A stretch of 64,000 nucleotides of DNA from Patescibacteria group bacterium (GTDB lineage: Bacteria; Patescibacteriota; Minisyncoccia; UBA6257; 2-01-FULL-56-20): positions 2,444 to 66,443 of the forward strand of contig JBBTVY010000005.1 of assembly GCA_038063055.1 (NCBI GenBank). Direction: 5' to 3'. The number at the start of each line of letters is the position of its first letter. Within the stretch, counting starts at the first letter, position 1. Made by a program: the position numbers and the translations under genes. The notes beneath the pieces are model-generated. The model was given only the letters and a program-made list of their open reading frames with translations. It was not told the DNA's origin and did no database searches. This document shows positions 40,163 through 49,609 of this stretch, piece after piece.

Positions 40163-40576
40163 TTACTGCCCGACAAACACCGGGGTGTTGTAGGCCTTCT
40201 GGGCAAGCTGATGGCCTCGAACCGTAGCCACTTCTTCGCAAACGGCATCATAAAAAACGAGTCCGACGCCGAAATTGATTGCCTGAGCGATAAGTCCGCC
40301 ACCGGGAACAGAAAAACCCCACGTCTCCGTTACGGACAGTATGCCAATGACCGCGCAGAACACGAAGCATAGTTCGCTTACCAGGAAATACAATGCGGGC
40401 AAGTTCTTGTTGATAGTGCCCCCGCCGATATCCAGGAGGATTTTGAACGTTGACTCCGGCCGGAATTTTTCGTCCGGCGCGAAAAAGAGCAGCCACGACG
40501 CAAGAGCGATTGACGCCAAAATCAGCGCCGGACTGGCCAAAAAAGCCAGCAACAGCAAAAACTCATTCATATTCAT
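40163..40576 (-). CDS. Hypothetical membrane protein
   Basis: 137-aa ORF with several hydrophobic segments; AAGGGA upstream. Confidence 0.55.
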   Translation of the reverse strand: MNMNEFLLLLAFLASPALILASIALASWLLFFAPDEKFRPESTFKILLDIGGGTINKNLPALYFLVSELCFVFCAVIGILSVTETWGFSVPGGGLIAQAINFGVGLVFYDAVCEEVATVRGHQLAQKAYNTPVFVGQ

Positions 40577-40684
40577 GATATTATTCCCTTTTCAAGTTTC
40601 TGTTTCTGTTCTCCACGGTAGAATTACCGCGAAGGCTATCCTTCAATGACCATAAAAAATACAACTTTTATTATGAAAAGTCAA

Positions 40685-40775
40685 TTCTTCGACCTTGCTC
40701 AGGATTGACACTGAGCTTACTTGTGGTGAGCTTGCCCGCAGTGAGCTTGTCGAACCTGTCGAACCCATCGAATGT
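40685..40775. repeat. Cluster of nested TCGAC/TGAGC-type palindromes
   Basis: cttcgaccttgctcagg, then three (t)gagctt half-sites followed by three tcgaa half-sites. Confidence 0.7.
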
Positions 40776-40856
40776 ATCAAAAAAACGAGCACCTGGTGGA
40801 AAAACCATAGTGCTCGGCTGATTAAAATATTCCTGAAGCGCGGGGAATGTCCTTGT

Positions 40857-41555
40857 TTATTCGTTTTTGTTTTTGACGGCCGCCGCCAAAATTCGAAGCA
40901 GGAAAACGAGAATTATAAATAACGAAGATATCAAAGTAATGGAAATCAATCCGTACTGGTAGCTTGCCGGGTCGAACCATCCCTTGAAGCCCATGATGGC
41001 GACATGGAGAAGTGTGAAAAAATAAGCAAGATAACCCAGCCGTTGGACTGATTTCCAATGTCCGGGTTTCATTCTTTCTTCAATCGCCGGAACGGAAGCA
41101 ATGGAAACAGCGGAAAAAACAAGGAAAGCCAAAACTCCGAAAAGAAGAGAAGTTTCTCCGATAAAGTTCATTTTCCCGCCCAAATCGAAAAATCTCGGAT
41201 AGTAAGCCGGGCTAAGAATCGCGAGCGAAATGAGTGAATGCAGGGCGGCCGTGCCGAACCCCAGAACACCGAGCGGTTTCCTTAAATAAAGCTTTGAATC
41301 AAAAATTTGCGGCCAGAACCGCGCCAGTGGGCCAAGAACAAACGACAAACCGATAATTATTAAAGCGGAAAGTGCGATAGCTTTATTGGCTATGAAAAGC
41401 GGAATCTGCTCTAATGGAACATTGCGTACGATATTATATCGCACGAACGCATATAAAAAAGACAAGCCGAAAACCAGCAAAGAAATAAAAAATCCTTTTT
41501 TCCATCCCCCTGTCTGCGCAGGCAGGCCGGACTGATTTGGGTTCGTTACGTCCAT
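40857..41555 (-). CDS. Ferric reductase-like transmembrane protein (MsrQ/STEAP-like)
   Basis: RKPLGVLGF...H, WKSVQRLGY...H heme-ligand pattern. Confidence 0.75.
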   Translation of the reverse strand: MDVTNPNQSGLPAQTGGWKKGFFISLLVFGLSFLYAFVRYNIVRNVPLEQIPLFIANKAIALSALIIIGLSFVLGPLARFWPQIFDSKLYLRKPLGVLGFGTAALHSLISLAILSPAYYPRFFDLGGKMNFIGETSLLFGVLAFLVFSAVSIASVPAIEERMKPGHWKSVQRLGYLAYFFTLLHVAIMGFKGWFDPASYQYGLISITLISSLFIILVFLLRILAAAVKNKNE

Positions 41556-41606
41556 AAGATTATTTCTTGATGCGTTATAACAAATTTCTCGTAAGCGCGT
41601 CAGGAA

Positions 41607-41867
41607 TTATATTGCTGCCGTAAAGGCAGTTATTATTCCCAAAACAACGGCAGGCACGTTGCAGACGATAATCGGCCAAGATTTTTTTTCCAAGAAAGAG
41701 CCGTAGGTTGTCCACGCGGCTCCGTTTATCGCCGCAATAATCGGCAAAATGAGTGAGCCGGGATGTCCGGATAAATTCAATCTTATCTGGTCTATAAACG
41801 AAAAATACATGGCAATCGCCATCATGGAAGCGAACCATCCGATTCTTTCCACTATTTTTTGGTCCAT
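41607..41867 (-). CDS. SemiSWEET/PQ-loop family transporter
   Basis: 86 aa, 3 TMs, W..YG and WPIIVCN motifs. Confidence 0.8.
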   Translation of the reverse strand: MDQKIVERIGWFASMMAIAMYFSFIDQIRLNLSGHPGSLILPIIAAINGAAWTTYGSFLEKKSWPIIVCNVPAVVLGIITAFTAAI

Positions 41868-41881
41868 AATCTTAAAGGATT

Positions 41882-42289
41882 TTATTTTCCTCTCTTAGCG
41901 TCCAAGCTCCACTGTCCGGCACCGGCCGCCGAGAAATAAAGGAATATGAAAGCGTAAAGAACCGCGGCGACTCCCCCGTTCATAACGGGCCAGAAACCGC
42001 CCGGGAAATGAAACTGGAAATAAGCCACGGCCATCATGCCGGAGAGAATAAACGCAACCGGGCGCGTAAAGAGCCCTAGGATTAGTAAAACGCCGCCGAC
42101 TACTTCAAGAATTCCAGCTATTCCCATCTGGGACATTAATTCCACGGTTCCGCCTGCCGGCGGGATTCCCGCCGGAAAAGCAAACAGTTTCATCGTGCCC
42201 GCGAGCAGGAACATGAATGCCGCGACTATCCTCAAAACGCTCTGGAAATAAGGGCTCCAGGAAACCCATTTTGATGTGATGTTGTTCAT
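41882..42289 (-). CDS. DoxX family membrane protein
   Basis: GTMKLF, LGLFTRPVA, GAGQWSLD. Confidence 0.9.
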   Translation of the reverse strand: MNNITSKWVSWSPYFQSVLRIVAAFMFLLAGTMKLFAFPAGIPPAGGTVELMSQMGIAGILEVVGGVLLILGLFTRPVAFILSGMMAVAYFQFHFPGGFWPVMNGGVAAVLYAFIFLYFSAAGAGQWSLDAKRGK

Positions 42290-42296
42290 GTCTGTA

Positions 42297-42536
42297 TTAT
42301 AGCAAATGCTTATTTCTAAACGCTATACCAGAACCAGTTTTGAGATATGATTCAAATTCCAGCGCTTGGCTCTTTTTAGGAAAAGCGCAGAACCAAACAA
42401 GTTTAAATGGATAGCGAGCTCGAGAATATCTTTGAGTGCCGGAGTTATGCTCATCTAATCGTCTGCGCAAATCACTTGTGATGCCAGTATAATAACTCTT
42501 GTCTTTTTCGCTGCGTAAAAGATATGTAAAATACAT
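42297..42536 (-). CDS. Small GIY-YIG nuclease (copy 2)
   Basis: YFTYLL...YYTGITSDLRRRLDEHN...E.YLKTGSG. Confidence 0.92.
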   Translation of the reverse strand: MYFTYLLRSEKDKSYYTGITSDLRRRLDEHNSGTQRYSRARYPFKLVWFCAFPKKSQALEFESYLKTGSGIAFRNKHLL

Positions 42537-42673
42537 TATAAATATAATAAAGCCCTCCTTCGCATAAAGCTATGGAGGACTACTTCGCTACCCAAAACAC
42601 AGGCTTTTGGTGAATGTTGCTAAAGAATCATAATGTAAGCGTGTGCTTAGCACTACGAAGCTTTAGCGAAGTA

Positions 42674-42691
42674 GTGCGTCGGGCAGGAATC
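42674..42691 (-). pseudogene. 3' fragment of a second tRNA-Tyr allele
   Basis: GATTCCTGCCCGACGCAC versus GAATCCTGCCCCACGCAC in the intact gene. Confidence 0.75.
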
Positions 42692-42716
42692 TCACTACTG
42701 ACTATGCTGCTTGAGA

Positions 42717-42803
42717 TGGTGCGTGGGGCAGGATTCGAACCTGCGTAGCCCATTGGGCGTCAGATTTACAGTCTGATGCGATTGGCCGCTCCGCCACCCA
42801 CGC
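42717..42803 (-). tRNA. tRNA-Tyr (GUA) with encoded CCA
   Basis: GCGTGGG/CCCACGC stem, TCAGA-CTGTAAA-TCTGA arm, long variable arm, GGTTCGAATCC. Confidence 0.95.
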
Positions 42804-42813
42804 ACCATCTCAA

Positions 42814-43056
42814 TCAACGGTTTATTAATTTTTTAAAGGCTTCTCCGCCTTTGTATGCTTTTATTTCTCTTTCACGCCCAACTGCCCGGGCGCGAGTTCT
42901 AAAATTCTCTGCATACACTACCTTATATGGCGTACGCGACCTTGTAAAGCGGGAATGGCCTGCGTTGTGTCTTTTTAATCTAGATTTTAAATCACTAGTA
43001 GAACCGATATAATGCGAGCCGTCTTTAAGGCTCTTAATGATATAAACAAGGTACAT
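42814..43056 (-). CDS. Small GIY-YIG nuclease (copy 1)
   Basis: MYLVYII...HYIGSTSDLKSRLKRHN...REREIK; ATG at 43056. Confidence 0.92.
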   Translation of the reverse strand: MYLVYIIKSLKDGSHYIGSTSDLKSRLKRHNAGHSRFTRSRTPYKVVYAENFRTRARAVGREREIKAYKGGEAFKKLINR

Positions 43057-43091
43057 TTCAATAGCCAATTTGGGCGTCCCGCCAGCGGCGG

Positions 43092-43120
43092 GATGCGATT
43101 GGCCGCTCCGCCACCGACGC
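43092..43120 (-). pseudogene. 5' fragment of a second tRNA-Tyr allele
   Basis: GCGTCGGTGGCGGAGCGGCCAATCGCATC, 28/29 identical to the intact tRNA 5' end. Confidence 0.85.
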
Positions 43121-43130
43121 ATTCACGCCA

Positions 43131-43159
43131 ATGATAATACTGATATCTATATTCGTCAA
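43131..43159 (-). promoter_or_regulatory. Sigma70 promoter of the tRNA-Tyr/GIY-YIG locus
   Basis: TTGACG-N17-TATCAT, 10 nt before the tRNA 5' fragment. Confidence 0.75.
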
Positions 43160-43208
43160 AAAACCTTATCAAAAATCAATATGTTCCTGTTCGAAAATAC
43201 GCAGAAAA

Positions 43209-43571
43209 CTAATTGTTTTCAGAACCAGATATCTTTTCCTTCTTTTCCTCGATTGCGGACGGAGAATCTTCAGCCAAATCTTTGAAATCTATCTTTGGTT
43301 TGCCGTTGCCATTAGGCGAAACTTTTTTGAGCTTGTCGTTGATGAAATTGTCCACCTTCATAAGAACGACTTTCATTTTCCGCAGGAATTTAGTCAAAAA
43401 ACCGTTGAAAGCGGCGTCTATTTTTTCCGGAATTTCCGAAGAAGAAAAACGTTCAAAAAAATCAGGTTTGTCCGAAAATTCTTCATCGACGCGCGGTAGC
43501 GAACGGACAACAAGATAAAGCATCGTTCCGAGAGACGCCATCAAAATCGTTGTTAAAATGAATTGGAGCAT
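43209..43571 (-). CDS. Hypothetical protein with N-terminal TM
   Basis: 120-aa ORF downstream of tsf. Confidence 0.7.
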   Translation of the reverse strand: MLQFILTTILMASLGTMLYLVVRSLPRVDEEFSDKPDFFERFSSSEIPEKIDAAFNGFLTKFLRKMKVVLMKVDNFINDKLKKVSPNGNGKPKIDFKDLAEDSPSAIEEKKEKISGSENN

Positions 43572-43574
43572 GAT

Positions 43575-43704
43575 TACTAAAATTTCTAAGCACTAATATC
43601 TAATTTCTAAATAAATTCCAATGTCTTAAAATTACAAATGTTTGAGAAATTGAAATTTGTGACTTTGTTTAGAATTTCGCGATTAGAATTTAGGATTTTA
43701 TAAA
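43575..43704. repeat. Empty heptamer-armed hairpin
   Basis: ctaa-type units (43576-43612) facing ttag-type units (43668-43700). Confidence 0.7.
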
Positions 43705-44151
43705 TTATAACTCCAATCTGGAAAAAGCTTTAACTTTTATATTTTCACCGACTTGGGCGATGGTCAGCTTTATAAGTTCGTCTATCGTTTTGGACTCGTC
43801 TTTAATATACGGCTGTTTCAAAAGTTCTTCAACATTGGCTGGGCCAATGGCCGCTATTTGCATGGCAAGTTCGTGGGCCAGTTTCCGGAACGGTTCGGAG
43901 CGAACCACGAAGTCCGTCTCCGCGCGGACATCAAGAACAACTCCTATACGCTCGTTATGCACATAAGATTCTATCAGGCCGGCTCCGGCTTCTCTGCCCG
44001 CTCTTTTTTCCACTTTTGCCAAACCGCGTTCGTGTATTATTTTGACAGCCGCGTCTAAATCGCCTTTGCTTTCCGCGAAAGCCCGCTTGCACTCCATTAC
44101 TCCCGCTCCCGTCATGTCGCGCAATTTTTTTATGGAATCAACGGCTGTCAT
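43705..44151 (-). CDS. tsf: Elongation factor Ts (short, ~148 aa)
   Basis: IKKLRDMTGAGVMECK, ETDFV, GENIKV; start at 44151. Confidence 0.93.
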   Translation of the reverse strand: MTAVDSIKKLRDMTGAGVMECKRAFAESKGDLDAAVKIIHERGLAKVEKRAGREAGAGLIESYVHNERIGVVLDVRAETDFVVRSEPFRKLAHELAMQIAAIGPANVEELLKQPYIKDESKTIDELIKLTIAQVGENIKVKAFSRLEL

Positions 44152-44164
44152 AAAATATATCGAT

Positions 44165-44938
44165 TCAACTTGTTTTTGTTTCCGAAACCGCTTCAGCCGG
44201 TTCCTTCGGCTGGGCAACCACTGCGGCCCTGCCTTCTTTAATCGTTTCACTCATTTTACCCAAAAACCAAATGATGCTTTTTCTCGCCTTTGTGTTTCCG
44301 ACAATCGGGTACTCAACGATTCCAGGGTCTATATCGGTGTTTACGTAAGCGACAACCGGAATTCCGGCACGGTTGGCTTCGAGGACGGCAGTCATGTGCT
44401 GAGTCGTGTCAATGACAATAAGAACTTCCGGAAGGGCGGCGTAATTTTCAAGTCCGCCGAAAAGTTCCTCAAGGCGCCGTAATTCTTTTTCAAAACCAAG
44501 CTGTTCTTTTTTGGTGTATTTCCCCAGGGCGCCGCTTTTAAGTTCCGATTTTAATTTCCTGTAATATTCTATCCTTTTTGAAAGCACTTTGAAATTGGTT
44601 ATAAGCCCGCCGAGCCAGCGCACGTTGACGTACAGCAGATTCAGTTCTTTGGCGAAATCCGTCACCGCGTCGGACGCCTGAGGCTGCGTTCCGACAATCA
44701 TAACCGTTCCCCCGTTCCTGACTTTTTCTTTTACGAATGCGGACGCTTTTTCGAGTCCGTCAACGGTCTTTTGGAGGTTGATTATTTCTATTTCGTTACG
44801 CGTCGTCAGAATGTAGGGCTTCATCCGCGGATGCGTTTTTGTTTTTTTGCGTCCGAGAAAAACGCCCGCCTCGGTCAGGTCTTTGAACGCTCCTTCCGGG
44901 TAAAGGTCGGTTAAATTGTCCTGTTTTGTTTCTTCCAT
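44165..44938 (-). CDS. rpsB: 30S ribosomal protein S2
   Basis: EAGV, HPRMKPYI, RWLGGLITNF. Confidence 0.95.
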   Translation of the reverse strand: MEETKQDNLTDLYPEGAFKDLTEAGVFLGRKKTKTHPRMKPYILTTRNEIEIINLQKTVDGLEKASAFVKEKVRNGGTVMIVGTQPQASDAVTDFAKELNLLYVNVRWLGGLITNFKVLSKRIEYYRKLKSELKSGALGKYTKKEQLGFEKELRRLEELFGGLENYAALPEVLIVIDTTQHMTAVLEANRAGIPVVAYVNTDIDPGIVEYPIVGNTKARKSIIWFLGKMSETIKEGRAAVVAQPKEPAEAVSETKTS

Positions 44939-45081
44939 TGGTTACTAATTTACAGATTTTTACGAATATACGAATAGATTTTATTTACTCATTACGTAAA
45001 ATCGCGCATTGTTATTTGGGGTTTATTGAGATTACGGTTAATAATTGTAAGCGATAACGGCTTTTTTTGCAAATCATTTTT

Positions 45082-45609
45082 TCAGAACTCTATTCCGTAT
45101 TTCGCGAGCTCGCCGTCGTTGAAGGGATGTTTTATTTCCTTCATTTCGGTCACCAGATTGGCAATATCAACGAATTCCTGCGGTGCGTTCCGTCCGCTCA
45201 AAATGAGCAAATTTTCTTTTGGATAATCCTTTATGGCCTCGAGAACACGCTCAGCATTGAGAATCCCGATTGAAACGGCGACATTGATTTCGTCAAGAAC
45301 TATCAACTGCCATTTTCCCGAAGCCGCCTCTTTTTTAAAAAACTCCAGCGCTTTTTCCGCCGCCTTCCGGTGTTCTTCGCGGGGCAATTTGTCGCCGAGT
45401 ATTCCGACGAACCCAAGACCCATTTTTACAATCTTAAATCTTAAATCATCAATCTTAAATCTTTCTCCGAACTCGTCTTCGCCTGAACGCCACGGACCCT
45501 TGATGAACTGAATCATCAAGGCGTTTTTGCCTCTGCCGATAACACGCACCATCTGCCCCAATGAAGCGGTCGTTTTTCCTTTACCATTCCCTGTAAATAA
45601 TAAAATCAT
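45082..45609 (-). CDS. cobO: Cob(I)alamin adenosyltransferase (CobO/BtuR family)
   Basis: TGNGKGKTT, QFIKG, LDEI, SGRNAP, KHPF...GIEF. Confidence 0.85.
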   Translation of the reverse strand: MILLFTGNGKGKTTASLGQMVRVIGRGKNALMIQFIKGPWRSGEDEFGERFKIDDLRFKIVKMGLGFVGILGDKLPREEHRKAAEKALEFFKKEAASGKWQLIVLDEINVAVSIGILNAERVLEAIKDYPKENLLILSGRNAPQEFVDIANLVTEMKEIKHPFNDGELAKYGIEF

Positions 45610-45610
45610 T

Positions 45611-46849
45611 TTATTTTATTACTCCACCACCGAGCACTTCCATGTCCTCCGTAGCCTCGGCGAAGGAGGAACTTGATTTCGAACCCGCCGTCGTTAAAGC
45701 TTTGGCGGGCACGTAGAATACCGCGGACTGGCCTGCGGCAACGAATTTTTGGGGCTTGTCGAAAACAAGCTTCAGTTCTCTGCCTTTTTCAAATTCGAGC
45801 GACGCTCTAAAAAGCGGCTGACGGTAGCGGACTCTGGCAAATACGGAAATCGGCAATTTGTCATCGGTTATTTGGTTGATGAAATTCAAATCCGTCAGCC
45901 CAACTTCTTCCCTGAAAAGCGATTCGTCGCTTTCGCCTTCGGCAACTACTAAGGTGTTATTGCGGACGTTTTTGCCAGAAACGTAAAACGGCTTGTTCCC
46001 TTCGTCAGTCCTTTTCCAGTCGCCAGAATAAAGCCCATGCCTTTGTCCAATGGTATAGAAATGCGCGCCGGAATGTTTTCCTATTTTCTTTCCGGAGACG
46101 TTTAAAACAACTCCCTTTTTGACCGGCAAATAATTTCTCAAAAAATCAGAGAGGGTCACTTTGCCGAGAAAACAAATTCCCTGCGAATCTTTCTTTTCGG
46201 CCGTGGGTAAGCCGGCTTTTTTAGCGATTGCTCTGACTTCCGGTTTTAAGTAATCGCCTATTGGAAAAAGACAATGCTTAAGCTGCTCCTGGTTCAAAGT
46301 CCACAAAAAATAACTCTGGTCCTTGCTCTTGTCTTTGGCTGCATAAAGCGAAAAACGGCCGTTTTTTTCTTTGATTCTTACGTAATGTCCGGTAGCCACG
46401 TAATCCGCTCCGAACTTCAGCGCTTTTTCAAGAAACAGGCCGAATTTTATTTCTTTGTTGCACATTACGTCCGGATTCGGGGTGAGCCCGCGGCGGTAGC
46501 CGTCAACCATGTAATCGACGACTTTCTTTTTATATTCCTCCTCGAAATCCCAGACATAGAAAGGAATGCCGAGTTTTCCGGCGACGCGGCGCGCGTCTTC
46601 CGCGTCGGTTTCGGCGCAGTTTACCCCGAGCGATTTATCCCGAGCCGCGTCGAGGGAAGTCGAGGGGCCGTTATCGCTTCCCAAGCAACGCATAAAAACG
46701 CCGATTACGTCGTAACCTTTTTTTTTGAGCAAAAGGGCGGCCACCGACGAATCAACGCCTCCCGACATGGCGACAAAAACCAATTTCTTTTTTGAAACTG
46801 ATTTGCGCTTGGACATTCCGACAAATACGTTTTCTCCTTTAGACATCAA
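45611..46849 (-). CDS. mnmA: tRNA 2-thiouridylase MnmA with palindrome insertions
   Basis: SGGVDSS, PNPDVMCN, ATGHY, KDQSYFL, DSQGICF. Confidence 0.95.
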   Translation of the reverse strand: MMSKGENVFVGMSKRKSVSKKKLVFVAMSGGVDSSVAALLLKKKGYDVIGVFMRCLGSDNGPSTSLDAARDKSLGVNCAETDAEDARRVAGKLGIPFYVWDFEEEYKKKVVDYMVDGYRRGLTPNPDVMCNKEIKFGLFLEKALKFGADYVATGHYVRIKEKNGRFSLYAAKDKSKDQSYFLWTLNQEQLKHCLFPIGDYLKPEVRAIAKKAGLPTAEKKDSQGICFLGKVTLSDFLRNYLPVKKGVVLNVSGKKIGKHSGAHFYTIGQRHGLYSGDWKRTDEGNKPFYVSGKNVRNNTLVVAEGESDESLFREEVGLTDLNFINQITDDKLPISVFARVRYRQPLFRASLEFEKGRELKLVFDKPQKFVAAGQSAVFYVPAKALTTAGSKSSSSFAEATEDMEVLGGGVIK

Positions 46850-48117
46850 TCTTTGCCTTCATATTCCCTCGCCAGAAGCTGAGAATCAATCTGCCGCATC
46901 ATATCGAGAACAACCGCGACGACGATAAGAAGCGCCGTTCCGCTTACGTTCAAAACAGATATTTTGGTGAACGCCTGAACCACCAGCGGCAAAATCGCTA
47001 TCGTCCCGAGAGCCACCGCTCCGAGAAAAGTAACCCTGCCAATCAGCTTGGAAAAATAATTTGCCGTCGCTTCGCCCGGCCTGATGCCCGGCACGAAACC
47101 GCCGCTCCTCTGAAGATTTTTTGAAACTTCTTCCGGATTGAAAGTTATCGCCGTGTAAAAATACGTGAAAAGAACAACCAGCAAAAAGTAAAAAATTCCG
47201 TAAAAAAGTGTATTGTTCAAAAAACCGGTAACCAGGTCGTTGAGTTTCAACGCCAAATTAACTGAAAAAATAGACGTTATCTGGGCCAAAAACTGGGGAA
47301 ACAGAAGGACGGAAATGGCGAATATAAGCGGAATCATTCCGGCCTGGTTGACTTTAAGCGGGAGATAGCTTTGCACTCCTCCGAACATTTTCATTCCCCT
47401 GACACGCCTGGCGTAAGCCACGGGAACTTTTCTCTGGCCTTCGTTCAGATAAACGACGCCCGCCACCAAAAACAACGTTACTAAAATGAAACCGATGTAA
47501 GTAGGCAGAGCGGACGGAGTATACGACAAAAGCGCCTGCTGAACCCCGACGGGCAAACTGCTTACGATGCCCGCTAAAATTATAAGGGAAACTCCGTTGC
47601 CGATTTTCTGTTCGCTTATGAGTTCGCCGAACCAGAGAGCTATCATGGAACCGGCGGTAATCGCGAGAACGTTTCCTATCATGTCGAAAGCGCTCGGTCG
47701 CTGAATGATATTTTGCGAAATCAGGAGGCTCAAAAAACCGTAGGCCTGAAGAAAGGCGAGCGGGACGGTCAACATGCGCGAATACTGGTTGAATTTGGCC
47801 TGTCCTCTGGCGCCTTCTTCGTACATCATTTCTTTGAGGCGCGGAAAAATAATCGTTAAAAGCTGCATTATGATTGTCGCCGTGATGTAGGGGCCAACTC
47901 CCAACATCGCCACCGACAGTGTGGATAAACCGCCGCCGGAGAAAATATTAAGAAAACCGAAAAGCTGGTTAGACGAGAAAAACTGTTCAAGGCGCAACGC
48001 GTCTATTCCAGGAATCGGCACCGCGGCCAAAACACGGAAAGAAACCAGAAGCCCGAGAACTACGAGAATTTTCTTCCGCAAATCCTTGATTTTAAATATC
48101 TGCAAGAAACGGTTCAT
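46846..48117 (-). CDS. secY: Preprotein translocase SecY
   Basis: LGVGPYITA, GIRPG, SGTALLIVV. Confidence 0.97.
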   Translation of the reverse strand: MNRFLQIFKIKDLRKKILVVLGLLVSFRVLAAVPIPGIDALRLEQFFSSNQLFGFLNIFSGGGLSTLSVAMLGVGPYITATIIMQLLTIIFPRLKEMMYEEGARGQAKFNQYSRMLTVPLAFLQAYGFLSLLISQNIIQRPSAFDMIGNVLAITAGSMIALWFGELISEQKIGNGVSLIILAGIVSSLPVGVQQALLSYTPSALPTYIGFILVTLFLVAGVVYLNEGQRKVPVAYARRVRGMKMFGGVQSYLPLKVNQAGMIPLIFAISVLLFPQFLAQITSIFSVNLALKLNDLVTGFLNNTLFYGIFYFLLVVLFTYFYTAITFNPEEVSKNLQRSGGFVPGIRPGEATANYFSKLIGRVTFLGAVALGTIAILPLVVQAFTKISVLNVSGTALLIVVAVVLDMMRQIDSQLLAREYEGKD

Positions 48118-48141
48118 TTAAAAAATATCAAAAAGAATTTT

Positions 48142-48630
48142 TTACTTTTTGGACTTTGATTTTTCATTTTTTATTTCGGCCTTTGGACTTTGAATTTCCA
48201 GTTTACCGCCGGCTTTTTCTATCTTTTCGCCGGCCGACTTGGAAAAATGAATCCCCTTGATTGAAACGGGAGAATCTATGTTGCCGCCCAAAATCTTGAC
48301 TTCTCCCCGATAATACATCGGCAAAATTCCTATTTCTTTCAGAAAGTTCCTGTCGATTTCAACTATTTTCTTTTCTTTGGAAAAGATACCGATTTTTTTG
48401 GATAATTCAGAAAGACCGACAATGAACGGCTTTTCCGAAACCGGCCGGTTCTGGTATCCGCGCCTTTTCGGCAGGCGGAGAATAAGATCCCTTATCGCCG
48501 GCCTTATTCTGCGGCCAGCCCTGGATTTTTGCCCCTTCGTTCCGCGTCCGGAAAAGGTTCCACGTTTGCCGCCTCGGCCGATGCGCTTCTTGGATTTTTT
48601 ATTTCTAGGAATTAAATTATGGAGCTGCAT
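48142..48630 (-). CDS. rplO: 50S ribosomal protein L15
   Basis: RIGRG...GRGTKGQKSR, LPKRRG. Confidence 0.95.
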   Translation of the reverse strand: MQLHNLIPRNKKSKKRIGRGGKRGTFSGRGTKGQKSRAGRRIRPAIRDLILRLPKRRGYQNRPVSEKPFIVGLSELSKKIGIFSKEKKIVEIDRNFLKEIGILPMYYRGEVKILGGNIDSPVSIKGIHFSKSAGEKIEKAGGKLEIQSPKAEIKNEKSKSKK

Positions 48631-48640
48631 GATTTTATTT

Positions 48641-49123
48641 TTATTGCATCGCTTTGCCCGGCGCTTCGGATCTCAGTTTCTTCAAGGCTTCAATCGTAGC
48701 CATAGCATTGGTAAGTTTGTTTGATGTGCGGCCCAAACATTTGGCGGTTGCGTCACGAACGCCGGAAAGCGCCAAAACCGAACGCACCGCTCCCCCGGCT
48801 TTTAACCCGTGTCCCGCAACCGCCGGTTTTATCAAAACTTTCGCGGCGCTGTATTTGGCATCGACTTCATGCGGAATAGTCCTGTTGTCTTTGAGATGGA
48901 TAAAAATAATCTTTTTCTTGGCGGCCGTTTTCGCCTTTTCAACCGAGCTTTGAACATCAAGTCCCTTAGCTACACCCACGCCGATTCTTCCCTTTTCGTC
49001 GCCTATAACTACGGTCGCCCTGAAACGGAAACGCTTTCCGCCGGCGACAACGCGAGTTACCCTCCGAATGTCGAGCACTTTTTCCTTAAATTCTTCTTTT
49101 TTTACGTATCTTTCTCTTCTCAT
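48641..49123 (-). CDS. rpsE: 30S ribosomal protein S5
   Basis: RVTRVVAGGKRFRF. Confidence 0.96.
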   Translation of the reverse strand: MRRERYVKKEEFKEKVLDIRRVTRVVAGGKRFRFRATVVIGDEKGRIGVGVAKGLDVQSSVEKAKTAAKKKIIFIHLKDNRTIPHEVDAKYSAAKVLIKPAVAGHGLKAGGAVRSVLALSGVRDATAKCLGRTSNKLTNAMATIEALKKLRSEAPGKAMQ

Positions 49124-49240
49124 GCCAATTTTATTTGTGAAAACAAGTTTAACTCATTAACTCAGTTTGAGCAAGCATAAAATTGAGCACCATGTTAGAT
49201 AGAAAATTCTTCGCTTTCAGCTCTAATTTTTTAACAAACT

Positions 49241-49603
49241 CTAAATTTTTAAGCCGCCTTTTTTTGCTCCTTCGGCGATTGCCTTAACGCGGCCGTGATA
49301 TTTGTACGAACCACGGTCAAAAATTGCCTGCTTGACTCCCGCGGCCATGGCTTTTTTCGCGAGTTCTTCTCCGACGCGCGAAGCCTGCGCCGTTTTCGAA
49401 TCCTTATGCGCCGATTTTTTTATTCCGGGCGCCGAAACACCCGCCAGAGTACGACCCTTTTCATCGTCGATCAGCTGCGCATAAACATACCGGTTGCTCC
49501 TAAAAACTGAAAGTCTCGGTTTTTGCGCTGTTCCGAAAATTTTAGCCCTTGTTCTTCTTTGTCGCCGCGTTTTTATTTCATTTAATATTTTTTTCTGATT
49601 CAT
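49241..49603 (-). CDS. rplR: 50S ribosomal protein L18
   Basis: PRLSVFRSN, FDRGSYKYHGRV. Confidence 0.96.
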   Translation of the reverse strand: MNQKKILNEIKTRRQRRTRAKIFGTAQKPRLSVFRSNRYVYAQLIDDEKGRTLAGVSAPGIKKSAHKDSKTAQASRVGEELAKKAMAAGVKQAIFDRGSYKYHGRVKAIAEGAKKGGLKI

Positions 49604-49609
49604 GTTTCT

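Noticed and set aside
42674-43120. Self-splicing tRNA intron or integrase-type island
   Set aside because: Joining the outer fragments would not give a full tRNA (anticodon and variable arms are missing), no group I/II core is evident, and there is no integrase.
45082-45609. Cobalamin biosynthesis pathway
   Set aside because: Only an isolated CobO/BtuR-family gene is present, with no other cob/cbi genes or riboswitch recognised.
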